A DNA stretch of 64,000 nucleotides, from assembly GCF_006345805.1 (NCBI RefSeq), contig NC_042997.1:150350001-150414000 (forward strand), written 5' to 3'. The translations under genes were made by a program, and so were the position numbers. The stretch comes from Octopus sinensis. Taxonomy: Eukaryota. The notes below the pieces were generated by a model. That model was not told the DNA's origin. It worked only from the letters and a program-made list of their open reading frames with translations, and did not search any database. The number at the start of each line of letters is the position of its first letter. The stretch's first letter is position 1. Positions 16,471 to 25,932 of the stretch are shown here, one piece after another.

Positions 16471-16676
16471 TGTGACCTCGTGTGTACCGTTGGCGATTTT
16501 TTTCCCTCTGTCTTCCCTTCTCTGGACCTTTCCTTCTCCTATGTTTCCGACGAAGAGCTCCACTCGAAACGTTAAACCCTCCTTCTTTCCTTCTTTCCTG
16601 AGCGTCCAATAATACTATATTTGTTCCACGTCCTCGCGTTGTTGTGTTGTTTTGTGCTTTCTTGTTTGGATTAACT
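16471..16676 (+). mobile_element. Penelope-like element terminal repeat (pLTR) remnant ending in (TA)n
   Basis: About 200 nt closely matching 39615-39820 and 55722-55800; contains a hammerhead core. Confidence 0.7.
16543..16577 (+). ncRNA. Minimal type I hammerhead ribozyme motif (U4->C variant)
   Basis: GTTT-CCGACGA-A-GAG(CTCCA)CTC-GAAA-CGT-T-AAAC: stem I GTTT/AAAC, stem II GAG/CTC, palindromic ACGT stem III. Confidence 0.6.
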
Positions 16677-17864
16677 ATATATATACAAGCTCGCATAAAA
16701 AAAAACTAGCATGCAGTCACATTTACAAAATCCATATATATGGTGACACATAAAATTCTGTATATAGGTACATAGCCAAACACTGAAACACAATGGAGCC
16801 TCTTCCATTCTGGGTTCAAGGAACAAAACTGCGCTGGTAGTGGTCCAACAGATTTACGATCCGGTTATTGTAAACTGAGGTGGCGGTAGCTGGCATCGAT
16901 TACGTGTATAGAGAATCTGTTGAAATATGCACAAAAAGATAAAAAAAGTATTTCGTTTGCACTACATGTAGCTTTGATTCACCTCCAGAGAACCAACAAT
17001 ATCGTACTTGTTACTTTATCCTTGCTGTGAAACATATTTGTTTACTAATCTCTCAGTGCGACATGTTTTGCTTCGCGCAACCACACATATTTACAGTCTG
17101 GTGACAATTTAGAGAATTTTCCCGGAATACGAAACAAGACTCAGTAATGTCGTAGAGATTTTCATGTAAAAGAATATACTTTTGAACGGTGAATCATAAA
17201 GTAATTCACTCCTAATTACTCTCAAATGACCTCGTTGTAAGTACAAGTATCCATACACGACTTCTCGTCTATTTTTCAGTTCAGATTCCGTTAATTTCGA
17301 GTTTATTATTCCTTATTCCGACGCCGCTAATATAAATATCACGCTAATTAAAAGAGCAGTTTGCCAGTTGATAAAACAGCTGGAAATTCATATAAAGAAA
17401 CGTGAGTGAAAATCCATAACACAAAATCATACTAGCAAGCTTTGCGCAAACAGTATTTCTATACATATTTAGATGCTTATATACATTTTAAATATGCATA
17501 TACATACATTCGTTTATATATATGTGTGTGTATCTATGTATGTAATGTACATTCATATATACATAGATATGTGTGTATGACTACATACAGACTGGTACAA
17601 AAGGAGGTTAGCAGGTATATTTTTATTGTAAAAGTAGGCCTGGACCTGTGAAAAGGTGTGTGTCACAGTGAAGCCGATAGACTATAAGAATGTGTCAATG
17701 TTCAGGGCGGACATTTTGAGCATTTACGGGACTAATATTGTGCAATGCTTTTTAAATAATATCATAAAATATACAACTATACAACTGTAAGCCTACTTTT
17801 GCACCAGCCTGTATACTCATAAACTTATACATTATGCTCACACATACAAATATATATATATATA

Positions 17865-18260
17865 AATCCCTAGATGGTACTTTCAACGGTTTTTTCTCAG
17901 TGTTGTTGAGATGAATTTGGCTCTTTATAGCATTGAAGATAACCTTAAGGACCAAGTTGTGCCTCCATGTATACCTGTTCAATGCTAATGAACAGTTGGA
18001 AAGAATATGTTTTAGTGTACCGACCTTTCCACATTTGCAGATGTCATTCTCTGAGACGTTCCATCTTACTAGATTCATAGGTGATGGCAAAACATCATAA
18101 AATGAACGAATCAGGAAACTCAGCCGAGATGTCGTCCACTTCCACATCTCATCCCAACTTATCTTCCTCTCAACAACATGTTCTTCCCATCTCGTCATCT
18201 GACCATGATGAACACATACTTTCGGTTCGAACAGTTTTTTTTATAGGGCTCCGTTTTTAC
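17865..18260 (-). mobile_element. Hero-like (RLE-type) non-LTR retrotransposon C-terminal fragment
   Basis: GQMTRWEEHVVERKISWDEMW...FLIRSFYDVLPSPMNL..W...CKCGKVGTLKHILSNC...RYTWRHNLVL matches the zinc-knuckle region typical of Hero-clade elements. Confidence 0.75.
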
Positions 18261-18479
18261 AATCCTGTAAATAATAATGATTTTTTATATAAGATTTAAG
18301 CTTATATATATATATACAAGTATATATGAGTTAGAGGTTAGACAACCATCTAATGGATAATAAATATTCAGTGTGCTACTGGATAGATATCTATTTATAT
18401 TCAAAAGTTTACTGTTGCAAGTACAGTTGAACAATAGGTACAAGTGGAGTAAACAAAAGTTTATCCAGAATTTATATAA

Positions 18480-19054
18480 GGCAATTAAGAAAATGGAGAA
18501 GAGATTCAATTAACAATCATCAGTAAGATTTATTTATTATAATCATAAGAATAAATAAATAAATAAATAAATACAACTCCACTCTTACATCTGTTTCCAC
18601 TTTGGGGTTCCAGAATGCTAAAATTGACATATCATACAAAAATTGAACTCCAAAGTTTCATCAGAGGGTCAGTAAGTCCATAATGGTAAGGATACGAGGT
18701 AATAAGTGAAAAAGTAAAATAGAAAAACCCAAAGCTGTATTCAGAAGTTGTGAGATCACATCTGATTACAATTTGATGGACGAGATTATCTCTTCCATCA
18801 AATTGCAACAAGATGTGATCTCACAACTTGTGAATATAGGCTTGGACCTTCCTTTTTCACTTTTTACCTTGTATCCTTACCATTATGGACTTACTGACGG
18901 TCTGATGAAACTTTGGACTTTAATCGTTATATCTGTCAGCTTTAGCATACTGGAAGCCCAAAGTAGGAAGTTGTATTTATTTATTCCTATGATTATAATA
19001 AATACATCTTACTGATGTTTGTCAATTGAATCTCTTCTCCATTTTCTTTCTTGC

Positions 19055-19055
<1 letters not shown>
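18480..19055. repeat. ~575-bp imperfect palindrome (foldback) centred at 18787
   Basis: 18480-18786 is the reverse complement of 18788-19055, from GGCAA/TTGCC at the ends to GAGAT-T-ATCTC at the centre. One 65-nt block shows 4 mismatches; the left arm carries several small insertions. Confidence 0.95.
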
Positions 19056-19094
<39 letters not shown>

Positions 19095-20348
19095 CATGGA
19101 TTCATGCACACATGTATACATACACCCATGAAACACACTCACGTATTCTTATATACAGGTATGCAAGTAAGACACTCAAGAGCTATCACGCTTTCTCAGC
19201 GTTTGACTGCAGCCGAATTCAAACGCGTTTTCTCCAACAAAATCTGCAACCGAACTACCTCAAAATCTACACGATGAATGAACTGCCAAATATGTTCGGT
19301 TATTCCGTCGATATATTGGCTTGGCATATACCACTTATTGTCGATTTTGGATTTTGACTTTCATGTCCGATATTTAGTTGGTTCTGTTCTGCTTTTGATT
19401 TATTAACTATTTTTTTTGTTTTTATACTGACTATGTATTTTTTTTCTTTCCTTTCTATCATTCGTGTAATGTATTGCAAATAGGCCAAGTAAAGTAGCAA
19501 GTATAATGTGAGAGCCATTCATTTTGCGATTCATAATCAATAGTGACTGCCAGTTAAAGATTCCAAGCATGTCATGAGCTTAACATTAAGTATACTTGTG
19601 TTCGAGTCTTCTGATCAACTCACATTCCTTTCCCGTCTTCAGCCATTTACTAGACATTTTTTTATGATTGTGATGTTGGTGTTGCTGGCTGTAAATGAGT
19701 TGATGGTTGATCATCATATATACTCAACAGCAACACTGCTACTCTTAATTCATTTCACCATTTTCCCCCTTTTCCCTTGCATTTCCTTCCTCTTGTCTTG
19801 TCCCCTTTCTCTACCACCACCACCACAAACATCTCCTCCTCCTTCTCTTCTTTTTCTTCTTCTTCTACTTCTTCCTGCGTCATTGTATCGTTTGTTTCCT
19901 CAATACTTCATAAATCTCATTTCACAGTCACCATAACTATGTGTATTATTGCAGTTACTGGGAACATTGAAGGACTTTTTTTTACATTATTACAACGACC
20001 TAAATTGTAGGCCTGTTCAGATATGCTTGTATTTCAATGTTCAACATTATTACAGTTGTGTTTATATGAAAACAAATCAACTTTATTTATGAATATGTGT
20101 ATCAGTGCATGTGCATTCGTATGTATAGTTGTATACAATTATGCATAAGTATGCATATATCCATATGCTCATATGTGTGTGTGTGTGTGTGTTAGTGCGT
20201 GTGTATGCATGAGCTCACACAACATATAAATACATGCACAGCTAAACATTTTATATGCGCCCGTATAAAATGAAATATGCATTCATATATATGTACAATG
20301 TGTGTGTGTGTGCGTGTGTGTGACACAGAAAGAGATAGATTGATAGAT

Positions 20349-20385
<37 letters not shown>

Positions 20386-20550
20386 ATGCCTTTTGAATAT
20401 ATACAAAACTAGCTAAAAGTGATAGACGAAACCTACAGAATATATAAAGGAGAACCATTCAAGGTTGTTTTATTCAAGAATATCCATTCTATTGAATTAT
20501 AATCTGTTTTATTATATTATTTGTCTTGTAATTTTGATTATTATTCATAT

Positions 20551-20584
20551 TTTAACATGATCATTTTGTTTCTTTTCATTGCAG
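20551..20584 (+). promoter_or_regulatory. 3' splice acceptor opening the TLR exon (exon starts 20585)
   Basis: Branch-like TTTAAC (20551-20556), pyrimidine tract TCATTTTGTTTCTTTTCATT, then GCAG ending 20584. The in-frame TGA at 20558 lies just upstream, so the open frame begins essentially at this site. Confidence 0.7.
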
Positions 20585-20641
20585 ACTGTAATATCAAACC
20601 GTGGACTTTCATGTGGGAAGTTTAGGAACGTCACCATTACA

Positions 20642-23600
20642 ATGTCTTCCGTGAAATCCAGATCACAGCGGGCATGCGTAACGATGACGTCTAACTCCGT
20701 CTCGCAAATCTCCAGGTGTCATTCCTTGCGTCACTTGGCTGTAGTAGCAGCAGCAACTGCCACAAAGCATTTAGAACCGAAGCTAAATTCTCATTCAACA
20801 CTAAATTCTGCGAGAGAAGAAGCCATGACGCCGACAAAAGCCAAACTAACACCAATATCATTATCACAGTTTTCAACATTTTTATTCATACCGCCTCTAT
20901 TGCCATTCTCCTCTCCATTTAAACCTCCACCGCCAGCAACGCCGACTCAACCCTTACCCCTTTCTTCTTCTTCTTCTTCTTCTTCTTCTTCTTCTTCTTC
21001 TTCTTCTTCTTCTTCTTCTTCTTCTTCTTCTTCTTCTTCTTTTCTTCCTTCTCCTTCTCATTCGCACCCACCATCTCCTACACTTCACTGTACTTCTTCC
21101 TCTTGTTCTTTATCTTCTTCTTCGAATTCTGTAGTAGAAACGACTACGTTTTTCTCGTGTCCATGTTCTCTGCCTCACTATCTACCACCACCTCCTTCTT
21201 CACCCACCACTTCTCGTCTATCGTGCTCTGAGTCGTTACCGCCGTCCTTAATAAAACCACTACTTCCACAACCATCTCCTCCACCACAGTCGCCGATATC
21301 GGCATCTTCGACGTTAACATCATTATCATCATCGCCGGCGTCTGTTCCTTTTCACTGGATGAGTGTACTATTTCTTCTTCTTCTTTTCTCGCATTCAGCG
21401 CAACCGTGGGTGACTCAGCCCGAATTTCAGTGTCCTAAACAATGCGAATGCCATAACCTTCGTACTTCGCAGCTTTCCACTTCAATAGCAGCCCGCTGCC
21501 GAATAAATGAAACGATGAGTCGGTATAATTTCAGTGTATTTTCAGCCCCATATATTACTGTCCTGGTTATACAGTGCCAGGGCAAACCTTTAAAACCCGT
21601 TAACAAAATGCTCCGTAATCTTCCTTTTCTCGAAGAACTTGTATTTAAGGATTGTCATTTCAAAAGCATTCCTGAATATACACTGTTAGGCTTGAATAAC
21701 TTGAGAAATTTTAGCATTTTTGGTGCTGATCAGTTGACGTTAACTTCAAACATATTCCACAAAGCGGTTAAATTGAAAAACCTCGAGATAATACACAGTG
21801 GACTTAAAACAATTCCTGTTGATATGCTTTGCAATTCTGTAGATGTTGAATTGCTTACTTTATCGCAGAATGAATTAACGCACCTGTCAGAATTGAAAAA
21901 ACTTTGCCAGACTAACACCACCATTTTAGACCAAATAACACGCTTAGATTTGAGTTACAACTTACTCCAAACAATTCCAGCAGATTTCAGTAAATTATTT
22001 TCTGATATGCAAATGGTAAATTTTGTAGGTAACCAAATCGATAACATAGAAGCTGGTAGTGTCAGTGATCTTTATTATTTAACAGTTATGGATCTGTCAA
22101 AAAATCAAATCCAAAGTTTCCCACGTGACTTTTTAGAAAATTCCATTGGAATACAGCAGCTCGGTATCTCACAAAACCCTATCAAAACTATATTCCCATA
22201 TTTTAAAGATCTTCAAGATTTAGAAGTGTTTGAAGCCGAGCATACTTATTTAGACAATAGTTTCTTCCGGGAAATTCCTAAAGGGTCTGCATTAACGAAT
22301 TTAAACTTAGCACATTGCTATATGAGTAAAATAAATAAATCCCTGATGAGTAATTTGAAAAATTTAAGGCGTCTTGATCTTAAGAGTAATTCAATTTTAT
22401 CGCTGCCTTCTAATGTATTTTCTTCCAATGAGAAGCTCGAGGTTCTGATATTGTCAAACAATGATATTGAGGAACTTTTGGATAATTCCTTACAAGGACT
22501 TAGGGCCTTGCGAGAACTCGATATCAGTTACAATAATATATCAGTTATAAATGAAGACGCCTTTCACGATCTTCTGGTTATTGAAAAACTTGATTTAAGT
22601 TTCAACCAGCTGTATGATATCCCCAATGCTATAACCCCTTTGGACAAAATACAAGAATTGTATTTAGAGGGAAATTTCATCAGTAAAATTAACAAGAATT
22701 CATTCAAGGGTTTAGATTCTATTAATCGAATTGTTTTGTCTAAAAATAGAATTGTCTTTCTTGATGCCAGTAGTTTTACTCGATGCTTCAATTTACATAT
22801 TTTAGATTTATCTGAAAACAACATTTCCTTTATACATGAGGACGCGTTCGAAGGTCTACAATTGGTCGGTGTCAGTTTAGCAAGTAATAAAATTAAAAAC
22901 ATCGGTACAGCGTTATGGAAGCAGCACAATCTAAGCCAGGTTCATTTGCAGGGTAACCTTCTTGAAGCCATTATGTCGTCCAATTTCCCAGAAAACGTAA
23001 AGTTTTTAAACGTTTCGCATAATAGAATTTGGAATGTCCATCCATTTACCTTCTCAAACAAAGATACACTTGTAGAAGTTGACTTACGCCATAACAACAT
23101 CAGCTTCCTAGCAAATGATGCTATCAGTGTATCCCACAGAGTACGTTCCATTCCCGACGTTTACCTTATGGGAAATCCATTCAAATGTGATTGTAACATT
23201 GTCTGGCTTAAAAAACTTGCCAATGTAAGGCCAAGGAAAAAAGACGGCCTTCCGTACATTCCGGATTTGAACGAACTAGAATGTCATGCGGACAATGAAA
23301 GTTCAGTACCAACAGGCCGTATGTACGAGGTAAAGGAATCGGATTTTCTCTGCAAATACCTGAAAGAATGCTCTCCTGATTGCATCTGCTGCAATTTTGG
23401 CATGTGTGACTGCAACAGCATTTGCCCCGAACAATGCAGCTGCTATCGCTCTTATGATCGTAAAGCTAATATCATCAACTGTATGAACAGCGGACTTAGT
23501 GACTCACGTATGTTGCCTTCGAATGCCACCAAAATTTACCTGAGTGGTAATCGTCTTATATCTCTTTCCAAACACTCTTTTCTTCGCCAGCGAGATCTGT

Positions 23601-24925
23601 TAACTGTACTCTATTTAAATAGATCCCATATTTCCAATATACAAAATGGCACATTTATGACTTTAATAAATCTGAAACAGTTATACATGCACGATAATGA
23701 TTTGACTATTTTAACAAAAGAAACTTTCCAAGGATTAGAAAACCTTGAAGTCATCACGCTGAATTCAAATTCAATTAGTTATATTGCACCAGGAATGTTT
23801 GCTCCTATGCCGAAATTAAAAATTGTCGATGTCAGCAGTAATCGATTGCACATATTGGACAACAGTTTCTTGAGCCTAAAGTATTTAGAAAGTATTGCAA
23901 TCCACAACAATCCATGGATTTGCAAATGTCCATTCGTCATGGGACTGCAGGAGTTGTACATTAATAAACCTGATTTGGTGGTTCTCTCAGAATCTGTAAT
24001 ATGCGATCATGAAGATGTCATCAATAGCAGTATGTCTTTCTACACAGCTTACCCTCTTTTTGAGTTCGATGTACAGTTACACTGTCTGAACATCACTCCA
24101 GTCACCAATTTATCAGCCCACGTGAATACGCAAATCGACTCAAAAGTTATATGTGCTTTAGCCATTTTTTCAGCCGTCTTTTTGACTTTGATAATTGCTG
24201 TTATCAGCATCGCATGTTATCGTGAAGAGCTGAAGGTTTGGCTGTTCACGCAGTATGGATGGCGTATTGGAGATCCGTGGGCAAAGCTAGATGATTCTAA
24301 CCGACGATATGATGTCTTCGTAGCTTACACAAGCAAGAACGCAATGTTCGTGGAACACGAGCTTACACCGCGTCTAGAGAGAAGGGAACCACCTTACCAG
24401 GTATGTCTGACCTACAGGGATTATGATGTGGATATTTCCTACGCTCAAAACACAATCAATTGTATACAAAATAGCAAGCGAACCATTATGCTAGTGTCTA
24501 ACGACTTCTTCCAAACGGAATGGTTCCGTTATGATTTTCAAATTAACAATCATGATATACTGAAAACGCTTTCTGAAAGACTCATAGTCATTTTAATGGA
24601 AAAAGTCGATAGGAAAAAACTTGAATGCGACCTTATGTTTTATGCCAAGACGAAAAAATTCCTAAAATATCAAGACACACATTTCTGGGACAAACTTTAT
24701 TATATGCTACCAAAAGTTCGAGGACTGCCATTATTACCACAGACCCCAGAATCTGCGGTTTCCTCTGGAGAGCTACGCGATCAGTGTTGCAATAATATTG
24801 CTTTCTCGAAGACTTCGTTGGAAAGTGGGTACGAAGAGATTAACTTCGTACGGAAAAATGTTTTTCCCCGTTCAGATCATCAGACTGTATATTTAGCACC
24901 TGTTTGCCAAAGAAATTGTAAATAA
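20642..24925 (+). CDS. Toll-like receptor, multiple-cysteine-cluster (protostome/Toll-type; Tollo/Toll-6/Toll-7-like architecture); coding region in a single exon
   Basis: Uninterrupted ORF ending at TAA 24923-24925. Signal-like MSVLFLLLLFSHSAQP starts at 21359, then LRRNT CPKQCEC and ~21-23 LxxLxLxxN repeats. LRRCT NPFKCDC (23174) is followed by a second LRRNT (CSPDCICC...CPEQCSC), ~5-6 more LRRs and LRRCT NPWICKC (23909). TM VICALAIFSAVFLTLIIAVISIAC at 24146-24217; TIR from YDVFVAY (24308) to FWDKLYYMLP (~24712). First in-frame ATG is 20642 (1427 aa); alternative start 21359 gives 1188 aa. Confidence 0.97.
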   Translation: MSSVKSRSQRACVTMTSNSVSQISRCHSLRHLAVVAAATATKHLEPKLNSHSTLNSAREEAMTPTKAKLTPISLSQFSTFLFIPPLLPFSSPFKPPPPATPTQPLPLSSSSSSSSSSSSSSSSSSSSSSSSSSFLPSPSHSHPPSPTLHCTSSSCSLSSSSNSVVETTTFFSCPCSLPHYLPPPPSSPTTSRLSCSESLPPSLIKPLLPQPSPPPQSPISASSTLTSLSSSPASVPFHWMSVLFLLLLFSHSAQPWVTQPEFQCPKQCECHNLRTSQLSTSIAARCRINETMSRYNFSVFSAPYITVLVIQCQGKPLKPVNKMLRNLPFLEELVFKDCHFKSIPEYTLLGLNNLRNFSIFGADQLTLTSNIFHKAVKLKNLEIIHSGLKTIPVDMLCNSVDVELLTLSQNELTHLSELKKLCQTNTTILDQITRLDLSYNLLQTIPADFSKLFSDMQMVNFVGNQIDNIEAGSVSDLYYLTVMDLSKNQIQSFPRDFLENSIGIQQLGISQNPIKTIFPYFKDLQDLEVFEAEHTYLDNSFFREIPKGSALTNLNLAHCYMSKINKSLMSNLKNLRRLDLKSNSILSLPSNVFSSNEKLEVLILSNNDIEELLDNSLQGLRALRELDISYNNISVINEDAFHDLLVIEKLDLSFNQLYDIPNAITPLDKIQELYLEGNFISKINKNSFKGLDSINRIVLSKNRIVFLDASSFTRCFNLHILDLSENNISFIHEDAFEGLQLVGVSLASNKIKNIGTALWKQHNLSQVHLQGNLLEAIMSSNFPENVKFLNVSHNRIWNVHPFTFSNKDTLVEVDLRHNNISFLANDAISVSHRVRSIPDVYLMGNPFKCDCNIVWLKKLANVRPRKKDGLPYIPDLNELECHADNESSVPTGRMYEVKESDFLCKYLKECSPDCICCNFGMCDCNSICPEQCSCYRSYDRKANIINCMNSGLSDSRMLPSNATKIYLSGNRLISLSKHSFLRQRDLLTVLYLNRSHISNIQNGTFMTLINLKQLYMHDNDLTILTKETFQGLENLEVITLNSNSISYIAPGMFAPMPKLKIVDVSSNRLHILDNSFLSLKYLESIAIHNNPWICKCPFVMGLQELYINKPDLVVLSESVICDHEDVINSSMSFYTAYPLFEFDVQLHCLNITPVTNLSAHVNTQIDSKVICALAIFSAVFLTLIIAVISIACYREELKVWLFTQYGWRIGDPWAKLDDSNRRYDVFVAYTSKNAMFVEHELTPRLERREPPYQVCLTYRDYDVDISYAQNTINCIQNSKRTIMLVSNDFFQTEWFRYDFQINNHDILKTLSERLIVILMEKVDRKKLECDLMFYAKTKKFLKYQDTHFWDKLYYMLPKVRGLPLLPQTPESAVSSGELRDQCCNNIAFSKTSLESGYEEINFVRKNVFPRSDHQTVYLAPVCQRNCK
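20963..21040 (+). repeat. Pure (TCT)26 microsatellite, in frame as poly-Ser in the TLR leader
   Basis: 78 nt of uninterrupted TCT codons. Confidence 0.95.
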
Positions 24926-24968
24926 TCCCCTCCCATTTTCTTTGTGAATGTGTTAACTTTTGTTGTTC

Positions 24969-25033
<65 letters not shown>

Positions 25034-25372
25034 CTACTACTATTATTATTACTATTATTTTCCCATTATTTTTTTATTTTTAAACGCTAAATTTAACCAT
25101 AAGTTGTACATTTTCTCTCTTTAAAGAAAAAAAAAACAAGAAGAAAATATTGAAAAAAGAAAAGACAATAGCATCATCTCTGTCTCCTCTTTGCCTTCTG
25201 TCAAAAATAACATAAAATTATTTTTAAAAAACAATTATTTAAAGAAAAAAAAGATGTCAACCACAAATCAAAGATAAACGCTTTGTCTAATAAATCATTA
25301 TTGAGCTGATTTTTTTCCAGACAATTCAGTTTTGTTTTTAATTTAAACATAATTTATAGAAATGAAATCCAA

Positions 25373-25623
25373 AATAAAATATATTATTTTATTTGAGAGT
25401 TATAAAGATTACATTTTAAAAATAAAATAACCAAAATGACTTATTCAAAAGTGATTGTTGAATTTTATTTCAAATTCTGTTTGATTGTTTTTGTTATTCT
25501 CTTTTTTTCCTCACTTTCTCTTTTTTTTATTATTGTGATTATATTTATGTTATTTTTTTATTTCTGTTTATCTGTCTCTTTCATTGTTTGTTTATTTTTT
25601 TTCTAAACGGTTCTTAAAATAAA
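25373..25623 (+). promoter_or_regulatory. Candidate polyadenylation signals of the TLR 3' UTR
   Basis: AATAAA at 25373, 25421 and 25618 in an AU-rich region after the stop. These are weak evidence given the local AT content. Confidence 0.35.
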
Positions 25624-25838
25624 GATGCGTATATTTATATGTTAAAATCATTTTTATAAATCAAAGATGAAACTAACTGCACCTGAGAACAAACATTCTG
25701 ATTGTTAATACAAATCTCCTTCAAGTTATCTAGCTAGCTACCTGTTTCTCTCTCCCTCTCATTCTTTTTGTGTCTACCCCCTGTTACTCTCATTCTATCG
25801 TTCTCTCAGTCTCTTTGTCTCTTTCTTTTTCGCTCTAT

Positions 25839-25888
<50 letters not shown>

Positions 25889-25891
25889 TAA

Positions 25892-25932
<41 letters not shown>

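Noticed and set aside
18773-19015. 80-aa ORF in the right arm of the foldback
   Set aside because: The mirror copy in the left arm has stops and indels, and there is no recognisable domain.
20579-20581. TTG start of the 1448-aa ORF call
   Set aside because: It lies inside the splice-acceptor pyrimidine tract, and a TTG start is a prokaryotic-style call; the first in-frame ATG is 20642.
22269-22278. Perfect NF-kB-like site GGGAAATTCC
   Set aside because: It lies within the TLR coding sequence as a single occurrence, plausible by chance.
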